Positions 39,279 to 48,318 of a stretch of 64,000 nt of DNA are shown here, piece after piece. The notes below the pieces were generated by a model. It was not told where the DNA came from. It made no database searches and saw only the letters and a program-made list of their open reading frames with translations. The position numbers were made by a program, and so were the translations under genes. Origin of the DNA: Myxococcota bacterium. Lineage in GTDB: Bacteria > Myxococcota_A > UBA796 > UBA2385. The stretch is from NCBI GenBank assembly GCA_044344255.1, contig JBIJDH010000002.1, positions 224,001 through 288,000 of the forward strand, written 5' to 3'. Numbering within the stretch: position 1 is the stretch's first letter; each line of letters starts with the position of its first letter.

Positions 39279-42200
39279 CTACCAGCCGTCCTCCCGCGCC
39301 AAGGCCTCGTAGAAGCGGTGCCCGACGTCGCGGGCCCTCGCTCGGAGCTGCCGGAGCAGGGGGGTGACGGTCTCGCCGCGGAGCTGCCGGCGGATCGCGT
39401 CGAGGTGGAGGGCCCCGAGGTAGAGGTGGACCCAGCGCGACTTTCGGGTCTCGCGCACCAGGGGCTCGTAGGCCTCATCGGGGAGACCGGCGGCGGCCCC
39501 GGCCACCAGTCTGGCGAAGGTGGCGATCTCGCCCATGTCTCCGGCCTCTGCGGCGGCGAGCAGGGCGTTGGCCTCGACGAGGGCCTCCTCGTAGCGGCCG
39601 CTCACGAGCAGGAGGCGGCACTGCTCGGCGCGGACGCAGTGCCAAGCGTGGCCGCGGCGGGTGGCGGTGGTCTCGGCGAGGGCGGCGGGGAGGTCGCCGT
39701 TGAGCCAGAGCCACCGCGCGGCCACGGCGGGCCAGTGGTCGAGATCGGAGGCCCGGCCGACCTCCTGGTAGCAGGTGAAGGCGCGGTCGGCCTCCTCGGG
39801 GTCAGCGTTCTGCACCGCGACCTCGAGGGCGAGGGTCCAGGCCTCGGCGAGCTGCCGGCCGAGGGAGAGGGATTGACCGGCGTTGGTGGCCTCGTCGAGG
39901 AGGGTGCGGCCGCTCGAGAGGTCGCCGACCTCGATGGCCAGTCGGGCCTGGTTGAGCGTACAGACGGCGAGCACCATGGGGTCGCGGTGGCGGGGCTGGA
40001 TGGCCCGACAGCGGGCGGCGGCCTCGGCGGCGTCTTCGCGCTCGCCCAGGTACAGTCTGGCGATCGAGAGGTTCGCCAACATGGCGGACTGTCCACGTGC
40101 GAAGCCCGCCTGCTCGCAGCGGGTCGCGAGGTCGGAGCACAGCTCGGCCGCCTCGCGGAAGCGCCCGCAATAGACGAGGCCCGCCGAGAGCGTGGTGCCT
40201 GCGTTCACCTCGAGCTGGGTGAGGCGGTGGTGGGTGGGCACGAGGCTGGTCGTGCCCTGCAGCCGCTCCTCGCGCAGCCCGGCCTCGCGGGCGAGCACCA
40301 GGGCCTGCCGACACTCGACCACGGCCTCCTCGAATTCACCCCCGCCGAGGCGGGCCAACGCCACCTCCCGCAGCATGGCGGAGGCGATCGAGGGGAAGGT
40401 GTGGGCGAGCGCGGTCGCCCAGCGCAGCCCGGTGGCGATGGCGTGTTCGCGGCGCCCATGGCGGGCGTCATAGATGATGAGGAGGTGGGCGGCGAGGCCG
40501 CGCTGCTCGGCGGAGGCGGCGCGGGACTGGAGGTCACGGAGGTCTTGATCGCGCACCCGGCCGGGACGGATGTCGAGGTCGACGAAGAGGCGCGCGTAGG
40601 CGATGACGAAGTCGTCATCGGCGCCGCAGGTGAGGTCGCGGAGCTGGAGCCAGCGGTCGACCTCGGCGGGGTTTCCGCGGTCGAGCTCGAGGCGGATCGC
40701 CGCTTGGAACATCGCGGCGTCCGCGGTGCCGGCGCGCAGCCCGTGGTGGAGCACCCGCAGCGCGGCGTCGGGCTCGCGGTGGGCCTTGGACCAGGCGCGG
40801 GCGGCGTTGGCGTGCAGATCGGGGCGACGGGCGGCGGCCGCGAGGGCCAGGCGGCGGGTGCCGCGATCGGCGAAGGCCAGCCGCGCCGAGGCCCCGGAGG
40901 CGGTGTGCTCGGTCACCTCGGTGACCTCGTCGTGGAGGGTCGTCTCTTCACCGTCCAGGTCGGCGTCTGTGAAGCGGAGCTCGAGGTGACCCTCGTGCAG
41001 CAGCGTCTGGACGTCGGGGCTGAGCTGGTTGGCCACCACCCGCGGGAAGGGCTCATCGAGCACGGCGAGGGGGACGAGGCCGGGGTGGAGGACCTCGGCG
41101 GGGCCGCGCTGACCGCGCCAATGGGCGAGGGCTCGCCAGGCGCGGGCGCAGCTCTGGAGCGGGCTCTCGGCGAGGCCGTCGGTGGCCCCCTCGCTCACGG
41201 GCCAGACCCCCGGGGGCAGGATGCCGGGCAGCACCTCCCGCTCGATGGTGGCGCTCCAGAGGGGAGGGGAGAGCTGGCGGAGGCCGGCGACGGGCCGGCT
41301 GGCGGTGGCCCAGACCAGCACCCCCTCGGGGGCCTGCTGGCAGAGCGTGCCGACGATCGCCGCGCTGCCGATGTCGGCCTGGTCGAGGTCCCAGAAGATC
41401 ACCGCGATCGGCGCCTTGCGCTTGAGCAGGCGGCCGAGGGCCTGCCCGACGGCGACCGGATCGGGGGGCCAGGCCTCGGGCTGGGGCACAGGGACGGGCA
41501 GATCGGGCCAGACCGCGTGCAGCAGGCCGGCCTCGGCGCCGGCGAGGGCGCGCCGGGCGGCGGGGTCGCGCTCGATGAAGAGCTCGGCGAGGATGTCGCG
41601 GATGGCGCCGAAGGGGCGGTCCTGGGCGCACTGGCCGGCGACGGAGCGGTAGCCCTTGCGGAACCACTGCCAGCGGGCCTCTTGGACCATGCGGCGGCGA
41701 CCGGTGCCGGCCCGGCCGGTGACCACGGCGCTCCCGGTGAGCAGGCGGCTCGGATCCCCCGACCAGGCCGGGGGCGACGGCCACTCGGCAGAGCTCAGGG
41801 GGAGGCCCAAGGCGACCGCCTGCAGCAGCGCCTCCACCTCGTCGGCGTCGGGGCGCTCCGCGGGGTCGAGGCTGAGCATCCGATCGACGATCTCGGCGAG
41901 CGGGAGCGGCACCTCAGGGCCCAGCAGGGCGAGGGAGCTCCGCGGCCGGCCGACCTTCCAGCGCGCGGCGGGCACGCCAGTGAGGGCCTCGTGCAGCGTC
42001 ACGCCGAGGGCGTAGAGGTCGACCCGATGGTCGTGGGCCATCCGCAGGCGCTGCTCGGGGGCCATGTAGGCGGCGGTGCCCATGAAGTCGCCGGTTCGAT
42101 CGGGGGCCGAGCCGAAGCGGGCGGTGCCGAAGTCGAGGACCGTGGGCTGGCCGCCCTCGTCGACCATGATGTTGGCGGGCTTGATGTCGCGGTGGGAGAG

Positions 42201-42587
42201 GCCGAGGCGGTGGATCCCCGAGAGGGCGCGGGCCACGCCGGAGCCCGCGGCGGCGAGGCGGAAGACCCGCTCGACGAGGTCGGCGCTGCGCTGGACGTGG
42301 CGGTCGAAGAGGTCACCGTGGGCGATGTCCATGGTGAAGAAGACGAAGCCCTGATCAGAGCCCGCGTCGAGGACCCGGACCACGCAGGGGATCCGCAGCG
42401 TGCGCAGCTTCTCGAATTCCTGACGGAAGCGGATCTCGTCGGCCTCGTCCTGGTGCTCCCGCACCTTGATCGCCACCTCGCTGCCGCGGTGGTCGACCGC
42501 CATCCAGACCTCACCGTCGGCCCCCACGCCGAGGCGGCGGACGATCCGGTAGTTCCGGAGCACCATCCCGGGCGTGAGCGAGCGCAT
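39279..42587 (-). CDS. Ser/Thr kinase fused to a degenerate AAA/STAND NTPase and TPR-like repeats
   Basis: LGVGADGEV, VAIK, HRDIKPANI, DFG, YMAPEQ; then GRAGTGRRR (P-loop-like), C..DRPFG, IFWDLDQAD; helical repeat C-terminus. Confidence 0.8.
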   Translation of the reverse strand: MRSLTPGMVLRNYRIVRRLGVGADGEVWMAVDHRGSEVAIKVREHQDEADEIRFRQEFEKLRTLRIPCVVRVLDAGSDQGFVFFTMDIAHGDLFDRHVQRSADLVERVFRLAAAGSGVARALSGIHRLGLSHRDIKPANIMVDEGGQPTVLDFGTARFGSAPDRTGDFMGTAAYMAPEQRLRMAHDHRVDLYALGVTLHEALTGVPAARWKVGRPRSSLALLGPEVPLPLAEIVDRMLSLDPAERPDADEVEALLQAVALGLPLSSAEWPSPPAWSGDPSRLLTGSAVVTGRAGTGRRRMVQEARWQWFRKGYRSVAGQCAQDRPFGAIRDILAELFIERDPAARRALAGAEAGLLHAVWPDLPVPVPQPEAWPPDPVAVGQALGRLLKRKAPIAVIFWDLDQADIGSAAIVGTLCQQAPEGVLVWATASRPVAGLRQLSPPLWSATIEREVLPGILPPGVWPVSEGATDGLAESPLQSCARAWRALAHWRGQRGPAEVLHPGLVPLAVLDEPFPRVVANQLSPDVQTLLHEGHLELRFTDADLDGEETTLHDEVTEVTEHTASGASARLAFADRGTRRLALAAAARRPDLHANAARAWSKAHREPDAALRVLHHGLRAGTADAAMFQAAIRLELDRGNPAEVDRWLQLRDLTCGADDDFVIAYARLFVDLDIRPGRVRDQDLRDLQSRAASAEQRGLAAHLLIIYDARHGRREHAIATGLRWATALAHTFPSIASAMLREVALARLGGGEFEEAVVECRQALVLAREAGLREERLQGTTSLVPTHHRLTQLEVNAGTTLSAGLVYCGRFREAAELCSDLATRCEQAGFARGQSAMLANLSIARLYLGEREDAAEAAARCRAIQPRHRDPMVLAVCTLNQARLAIEVGDLSSGRTLLDEATNAGQSLSLGRQLAEAWTLALEVAVQNADPEEADRAFTCYQEVGRASDLDHWPAVAARWLWLNGDLPAALAETTATRRGHAWHCVRAEQCRLLLVSGRYEEALVEANALLAAAEAGDMGEIATFARLVAGAAAGLPDEAYEPLVRETRKSRWVHLYLGALHLDAIRRQLRGETVTPLLRQLRARARDVGHRFYEALAREDGW

Positions 42588-42590
42588 GGC

Positions 42591-44162
42591 TCAGGCGTCC
42601 TCGACGAGGCGGCGGGCGATGAGGGTGCCCGCGGCCATCGTCGTGAGCTGAGGGTTCACCCCGAGGCTGGTGGGGTAGACGCTGGCGTCGGCGATGAGGA
42701 GGTCTCGCACGGCGTGGGAGCGGCCGCGGGAGTCCACGACGCTCGAGGCAGGGTCCCGCCCCATTCGGCAGGAGCTCTGCGGGTGAGCGGAGTAGAGCGC
42801 GAAGTCGGTCGTGGCGCGGCTTCGGAGCGCGGTGACGAAGCTCTCGAGGCTCGTGTGGCGGCCGATGCCGTGGATGGGGCCCGTGAGCTCCCGCGCCCCG
42901 CCGGCGAGGAGCACCTTGGCGGCCAGCACCATGCCCTCGCGGATGCGCTCGACGTCGGAGGGCAGCAGATCGTAGGTGACGTCGGCCTGCCCGTTGGGGA
43001 AGGCTCTCACCCGGCCGGTGCTCTCGTCGGAGATCATCACGATGAGCCCACAGAGCTGGGGCAGCAGCGCGAGGCCCTCGCTGAGCCGGGGGCCTACCAT
43101 CCCCAGCGTCGCGAGGCAGACCTCAGGCGGCGCCGTGAACGTATGGGGTAGGACGCCGGGGATCGAGGGATCGGTGAAGTAGGCCCCCTGCGAGGCCCCG
43201 CGCCAGAGGTGGATCTGCTCGTCGGCGATGCCGTAGACGGCGTTGCCGGGGTGGACATGCAGGCCCTCCCCCACCGGGCCCATGCCCTCGGCGATTCCGG
43301 AGGTCCAGAGCAGGCGCGGGGTGCCGATGCCGCCCGCCGAGAGGATGACCTTGTCTGCTCGAACCTCGATCTCTCCGCCCCGCTCGTTCGTCTCGGGGTG
43401 GACGGCGTGCCCGCGCACGCCGATCGCGCGGCCCCCCTCCACCATCACCTCGGTGATCTTGGCCTCGGCCTGGATCAGCGCGCCGTGCTCGACCGCCGTG
43501 GGGAGAAAGGTAAGGTTTGTACTGGCCTTTCCGCCAGATGGGCAGCCGTAGTTGCAGACGCCGCAGCCTCGGCACCCGGGCGTGCTGCGGGGCGCGAGGC
43601 CGCCCTTGAGGCCGAGGGCCTGGATGCCGCGGACGATGAGGGCGTTGTTCTTACCCTGGACCGCCTCGGTGGTGATGTGGACGCCGACGATGGGCTCCAC
43701 CTCGGCGTAGAGGGCGGCGAGCGAGGCGGGCCCCCAGCGGGGATCATCGAGGAGCTCGGCCCAGCCGTGGAGCACCTCGTCGGGCGTACGGAAGCTCAGC
43801 GCCGAGTTGATGAGGGTGCCGCCGCCGACGCCGCGCCCGGCCGCGATGGGGAAGCCCACCGGGCCGCGCCCGATGATGAGGCCCCCCTCCTGCATGTGGT
43901 GGCGCGCCGTGTGGCCCTGGCTCTTCTTGAAGTGGCTCTGGGCGGGCCCCTCTTCGAGCAGCACCACCTTCTTCCCCGCGAGGGCGAGCACCCGGGCCGC
44001 CGCGGCGCCGCCGGGGCCAGTGCCGACGATGACCACGTCGGCCTGCAGCCGCCGCCCGGCGCCGATCTCGGCGAAGCCGTCGGCCGGGGCGGCGGGGAAG
44101 ATGACCCCCGGATCGGGCGCCGGGTACTCCGGAACCCGCAGCGTGGCGGCGGGCTCGCTCAT
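42591..44162 (-). CDS. GMC-family FAD oxidoreductase
   Basis: IVGTGPGG, GRGVGGGTLIN, CRGCGVCNYGCP, SAGGIGTP, SAHPQSSCRMG, DASVYPT..GVNPQ. Confidence 0.9.
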   Translation of the reverse strand: MSEPAATLRVPEYPAPDPGVIFPAAPADGFAEIGAGRRLQADVVIVGTGPGGAAAARVLALAGKKVVLLEEGPAQSHFKKSQGHTARHHMQEGGLIIGRGPVGFPIAAGRGVGGGTLINSALSFRTPDEVLHGWAELLDDPRWGPASLAALYAEVEPIVGVHITTEAVQGKNNALIVRGIQALGLKGGLAPRSTPGCRGCGVCNYGCPSGGKASTNLTFLPTAVEHGALIQAEAKITEVMVEGGRAIGVRGHAVHPETNERGGEIEVRADKVILSAGGIGTPRLLWTSGIAEGMGPVGEGLHVHPGNAVYGIADEQIHLWRGASQGAYFTDPSIPGVLPHTFTAPPEVCLATLGMVGPRLSEGLALLPQLCGLIVMISDESTGRVRAFPNGQADVTYDLLPSDVERIREGMVLAAKVLLAGGARELTGPIHGIGRHTSLESFVTALRSRATTDFALYSAHPQSSCRMGRDPASSVVDSRGRSHAVRDLLIADASVYPTSLGVNPQLTTMAAGTLIARRLVEDA

Positions 44163-44665
44163 TCGCCGAAGCCGCAGCCGTGCATCACGGCGAAGTAGGG
44201 CGAGACGGCGGGGTGGGCGGAGTAGCCCATGCCGGTCAGCGTCACGAGGCCCATCGCCGCGGAGCGCAGCTCGGGGTTGTCGTGCGCGAGCCAGCTCGCC
44301 AACAGGGCGGCGCGGTCGGCCACCGGCAGGGCGCTGAAGGGGTGGCCCTCGGTGGGGAGGGTGGCGGCGTCGATGGCGTGGAGGCCGGTGCGGACGAGGG
44401 TGCGGAGGGCGGGCTCGAGGCCGGTGAGCAGGGCGTCGAGGAAGTGGTCGATCGAGAGGTCAGCGCCCCCCACGGGGATGGCGGCGGTGGCCGGCCACGC
44501 GGCCTCGGAGAAGGCTCGGATGAAGCCGGCTTCGGGGCCCGAGAGGTGGGTGTAGCCGGCTGCGGCGGGCTGGTCCCACCAATGGGCGACCACCCCCGCT
44601 CCGGCCGCGAGGAGCGCGGTGGAGGTGAGCGTCGCGCTGATCAGGAGCTGGCGGCGCGTGAGCAT
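44159..44665 (-). CDS. Tat-signal small subunit (gluconate 2-dehydrogenase subunit 3-like)
   Basis: MLTRRQLL twin-arginine signal, FSALP...R..LL..W; ATGA overlap with the GMC gene. Confidence 0.75.
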   Translation of the reverse strand: MLTRRQLLISATLTSTALLAAGAGVVAHWWDQPAAAGYTHLSGPEAGFIRAFSEAAWPATAAIPVGGADLSIDHFLDALLTGLEPALRTLVRTGLHAIDAATLPTEGHPFSALPVADRAALLASWLAHDNPELRSAAMGLVTLTGMGYSAHPAVSPYFAVMHGCGFGE

Positions 44666-44851
44666 GGCCGAGGGTATCGCAGCTCGGAGGCGGGGGCATG
44701 GGGCGGGCTGATGAAGGGTCCCCTGCGGTGCGCGGGCCTACGCCGCCCCGCCGGGCGCGAGGGGGACAGGCCGCGAGGGGGAGGATAGGCCCGGGTCGGC
44801 TACCCGAACGCCGCGCGCGGTGAGCTCGAAGCAGGGGAGTCTCGAATCTGG

Positions 44852-45862
44852 TTGCTCTACCCGCTCCTCTTCCTGATCACCCTGCTCGGCGCGGGGGGAG
44901 TGGCCACCTATGTGGTGGTGGAGCGGATGGGGCGCCGGGCGCGGCAGCTCGGCTCGAAGGCGCAGAACGAGAAGCAGATCGCGATGGGCGGCTACCCCGT
45001 CTGGAAGACGGGGGACGACCTCCTCCGCTACCCCACCCGCCTCGCCGAGCTCGAGCACAAGCTGCAGCTGAGCCTTCGGGCGGTCGACGAGCAGGTCGAC
45101 CACCTCCACGCTCGGCGCGACCGCATCGCCGCCAAGGACGATCGCAGCGAGCTGATGGGCCGCTACGAGGTCGACGCCGCCATGCTCAGCCGCCGGGTGG
45201 AGCGCATGCGGCGGGTGTTGGCCCTGGTCTGGCGCACCCGCTCCGTGCTCCTGCTGCGGGCCCACGTCGCCATCACCGCCCGCGCCCGCCCCGTCCTGGA
45301 GCGCCTCCCCGAGGGGGAGATCCCGCACGGCCGCCTCGGCGCGGCGGCGGCGGCCTATGAGGACGCCGCCGGGCGTGTGCGTCGCTTCGTGATCGAGGTC
45401 GAGGGCCGGATGGCCGACCTCCACGTCTGCCTGCCGAGCCCGCCCGCCGCGGCCGACGTCTCCGACGCAGACCGCGCCCAGGTGGACGAGGAGATGGAGC
45501 GGGCCCGGCACACCTACGCCGAGCTCGAGAACCGGATGGACCGCCTCGCCGACACCCTCTCCTACCTCTCCGACCGCTGCCGCACCCGGCAGGTGGTCGA
45601 GGGCACGCCGGTCTCGCTCGAGGCCGAGCCCGGCACCGAGGGGCTCGTGGACGACCTCAACGGCGCCCTCGGCGCGCTCAACGACCTCGCGGAGCTCGGA
45701 GACCGTGCCTTGGCGGACACGGCGATGGACAACCTCGCCGAGGACATCTCCCAGCTCGAGCGGGCCGGCCTCGAGGCCCAGGCGGAGGCCGACGCCACGC
45801 TGGAGGTGGAGCGCCTGCTCGAGCAGTTCCCGCAGCGCAGCCGGGGCCCCGCGGCTCCCTGA
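44852..45862 (+). CDS. Membrane-anchored coiled-coil hypothetical protein
   Basis: One N-terminal TM, then long Glu/Arg/Leu-rich helical segments; GGGGAG RBS upstream of TTG. Confidence 0.7.
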   Translation: MLYPLLFLITLLGAGGVATYVVVERMGRRARQLGSKAQNEKQIAMGGYPVWKTGDDLLRYPTRLAELEHKLQLSLRAVDEQVDHLHARRDRIAAKDDRSELMGRYEVDAAMLSRRVERMRRVLALVWRTRSVLLLRAHVAITARARPVLERLPEGEIPHGRLGAAAAAYEDAAGRVRRFVIEVEGRMADLHVCLPSPPAAADVSDADRAQVDEEMERARHTYAELENRMDRLADTLSYLSDRCRTRQVVEGTPVSLEAEPGTEGLVDDLNGALGALNDLAELGDRALADTAMDNLAEDISQLERAGLEAQAEADATLEVERLLEQFPQRSRGPAAP

Positions 45863-45890
45863 GCGAGGGGACGACGGCCGGCGGTGTGGC

Positions 45891-47081
45891 TCAGGGGCCC
45901 TCGGGGGCGTCTGGCGCGCCCGGGAGCTGCACCCGGTCGAGGGCCCACAGGAGCAGCGGTCCGATCAGCAGAGGCCCGCTCAGCACCGCGGCGGCCCCGG
46001 CGGCGCCGATGTCGACCGCGATCCGCCCGCCGAGGAGCGGGCCCACGGCGAGGCCCACGGAGTAGGCGAAGTTCTGGTAGGCGAAGGCCGAGCCGTACGC
46101 GGGCGGGCTCCGCGCGGCGGCGAGGGCGCTGAGCTCGGTCAGGGCGACGGAGAAGAGCGGCGTGGAGGCGACGCCCAGGGCCGCGAGGGCGAGGCCGGTC
46201 CCCAGCACGGTGGTGGTCCAGCCGAGCGAGAAGGCGGCCGCCGCGCTCAGGAGCAGCCCGAAGGTGGTGGCGGCCCGACGCTGCGCGGCGGTGACCGTAT
46301 ACCGACCCACGATGGGGAAGAGCAGGGAGCTCGCCAACATCGCGCCCCCGAAGAGCAGGCCCAGGCTCTGCGGATCGGCTCCGGCGATGCGGGAGAGGCG
46401 GAGCGGCAGGATGGGCTCGAACCAGGACAGGGCCAACGCGCCGATGAAGGTGAGGGTGAAGATCCGCAGCCCAGCTCGCAGATCGCGAGAGGGGCCGGGG
46501 CCATCCGCCAGCGAGGCCGGGGCCTCGTCGCGGATCAGCAGGAGGCGCGCGAGCCCGTCGAGCAGGGAGAGCACCGCCGCGAAGATGAAGGGCGCCCCGG
46601 GCCCGCCCACCGCGAAGAGCCACCCGCCGACAGCCGGCCCCGCCAGCGTGCCGATGCCCATCACGGCGAGCACCTGCCCGAAGGCCACGCCTCGCTCCTC
46701 GGGCGGGTGGGTGGAGGCGACGAGGGTGAGCCCCGCCGTCCAGGAGACCGCAGCGGCGAGTCCCTGGAGCGCGCGGGCGGCGATGAGGAGCTCGATCGAG
46801 CCCCCCCGGGCGAAGAGCAGGCAGGACAGCGCCAGCGCGACCGAGCCCAGCAGCAGGGGGCTCCGGTTTCCCACCCGGTCGACCCACTTGCCCACGAAGG
46901 GCAGCGCGACGAGCACCGCCACCGCGTAGACCGAGAGCACCAGGCCAGCGTCGGCCTCCGTCGCGGCGGGGCCGAGCAACGAGGGCAGGATGGGCACCAC
47001 CATCCCGTAGAGCAGCATGTCCGTCGTCACCGCGAGGGCGGCGACGAGCAGGGCGGCGCGCGGTCGGGAGAGGGGCGTCAG
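45891..47081 (-). CDS. MFS transporter (DHA1/VMAT-like)
   Basis: DMLLYGMVVPILP, GKWVDRVGNR, ARALQG, GPAVGG, GPLLGG. Start uncertain (CTG 47081 used so that TM1 is included). Confidence 0.8.
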   Translation of the reverse strand: MTPLSRPRAALLVAALAVTTDMLLYGMVVPILPSLLGPAATEADAGLVLSVYAVAVLVALPFVGKWVDRVGNRSPLLLGSVALALSCLLFARGGSIELLIAARALQGLAAAVSWTAGLTLVASTHPPEERGVAFGQVLAVMGIGTLAGPAVGGWLFAVGGPGAPFIFAAVLSLLDGLARLLLIRDEAPASLADGPGPSRDLRAGLRIFTLTFIGALALSWFEPILPLRLSRIAGADPQSLGLLFGGAMLASSLLFPIVGRYTVTAAQRRAATTFGLLLSAAAAFSLGWTTTVLGTGLALAALGVASTPLFSVALTELSALAAARSPPAYGSAFAYQNFAYSVGLAVGPLLGGRIAVDIGAAGAAAVLSGPLLIGPLLLWALDRVQLPGAPDAPEGP

Positions 47082-47198
47082 GGCGGCTCCGCCGAGAGGG
47101 GGAGAGGGGGAGAGGGGCGGAGCCCTAACCGGCCGCTCGCGCGCGTCGGCGCCGGGGCCGGTTAGCGGGACGCCCCGGAGCTGGAGTGGGGTGAGCGA

Positions 47199-48059
47199 AT
47201 GACGCACGATGTCCTGAACCTCCCGGTCGGCCCGCCCGCCGATTCGCCCTCCGCTGAGGCCCCGCCGGCCTTCTCGGAGATCGTCTCCCTCCGCTCGATC
47301 GGCCCCCACCGGTACAGCGGCCGCGTGCCCGAGGGCTGGGGGCAGGGCCGCACCACCTACGGCGGGCTGCTCAGCGCGCTGCTCTGTCGGGCCGCCGGGG
47401 CGGAGGCCGCGAGCCCCGACCGCGCCCTGCGCTCCCTCACCTGTGAGCTCTTCGGGGGCGTGATCGCCGGGCCTGTCGAGCTCGAGACGGAGCTGCTGCG
47501 CGCCGGGACCGGCCTCAGCACCGTCGCTGCGCGGCTCTCTCAGGGCGGAGAGCTCTGCGCGCACCTCGTCGGGAACTTCGGCAAGCGGCGCGAGGTGGGC
47601 CTGGAGTGGGTCGAGCTGAAGCCGCCGCTGTTGCCACCGGTCTCTGCGCTCGAGGCCTGGACCCTCGGCCCCCCGATCGCCCCGGAGTTCACCCAGCGAC
47701 TGGAGTATTGGAGCGCGGGGGCGCCGCCGTACCAGGGCGAGGGGCCCGTCACCACCAGCGGCTGGATCCGCCTCCGCGAGCCGGGCGACCAGGCCGACGC
47801 CGCCTGGATCTGCGGCCTCATCGACGCCTGGTGGCCCGGCATGGCCCAGCGCTTCACCGCGCCGCGCCCCTCGGCCACCATCACCTTCACGCTCGCGCTC
47901 CCGGGCGGCCACGAGTCGCTCGACCCGCGGGCGCCGCTGGCCTACCGAGGCGAGGCCGTCGCCCTCCGCCACGGCTACGCCGTAGAGACCCGGGAGCTCT
48001 GGACCGCCGACGGCCAGCTCGTCGCCCTCAACCAGCAGACGATGGCGCTGCTGCGCTGA
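47199..48059 (+). CDS. Double-hotdog thioesterase family (TesB-like)
   Basis: W.QGRTTYGGL, LR.G, GWIR, IDAWWP, G...E...LW..DG.LVA...Q. Confidence 0.85.
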   Translation: MTHDVLNLPVGPPADSPSAEAPPAFSEIVSLRSIGPHRYSGRVPEGWGQGRTTYGGLLSALLCRAAGAEAASPDRALRSLTCELFGGVIAGPVELETELLRAGTGLSTVAARLSQGGELCAHLVGNFGKRREVGLEWVELKPPLLPPVSALEAWTLGPPIAPEFTQRLEYWSAGAPPYQGEGPVTTSGWIRLREPGDQADAAWICGLIDAWWPGMAQRFTAPRPSATITFTLALPGGHESLDPRAPLAYRGEAVALRHGYAVETRELWTADGQLVALNQQTMALLR

Positions 48060-48103
48060 CGAGCGGGCCGGCGAGGGGCCCCCGAACCGGCTACCCTCCC
48101 CCC

Positions 48104-48274
48104 ATGGCCGCAACGCAGTCCCTCCGCACCCTCCTCCGCGCGCTGGCCCGTCGGCTGCTCCCCGGCGCCGGCCCCGGTGCGGTCCACAAGAACCCGATCG
48201 AGCGGTGGGTCGCCGAGGAGATCACCGCGCGGGTGCCCACCAACAAGAGCGGGAACAACGCCTCGGTGCGGTAG
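48104..48274 (+). CDS. Small hypothetical protein (56 aa)
   Basis: ATG 6 nt after a TACCCT box, fills the gap between thioesterase and rarA, GC3-rich codons. Confidence 0.45.
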   Translation: MAATQSLRTLLRALARRLLPGAGPGAVHKNPIERWVAEEITARVPTNKSGNNASVR

Positions 48275-48318
48275 CCCGCCCTCCGTCGCCGCCCCCGCCC
48301 ACCTCCGCTGAGACCCCG

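Noticed and set aside
39318..43151. Very long antisense/alternate-frame ORFs (e.g. 39318..43151 +, 30974..34429 -, 59239..62388 -, 15350..17572 +, 3403..5463 +)
   Set aside because: Shadow ORFs typical of high-GC DNA. They overlap genes with clear family motifs and show no recognisable domains.
44690..44800. CTGATGA in the intergenic region as a hammerhead ribozyme or fluoride riboswitch core
   Set aside because: No GAAA partner or required stems and conserved flanks could be found.
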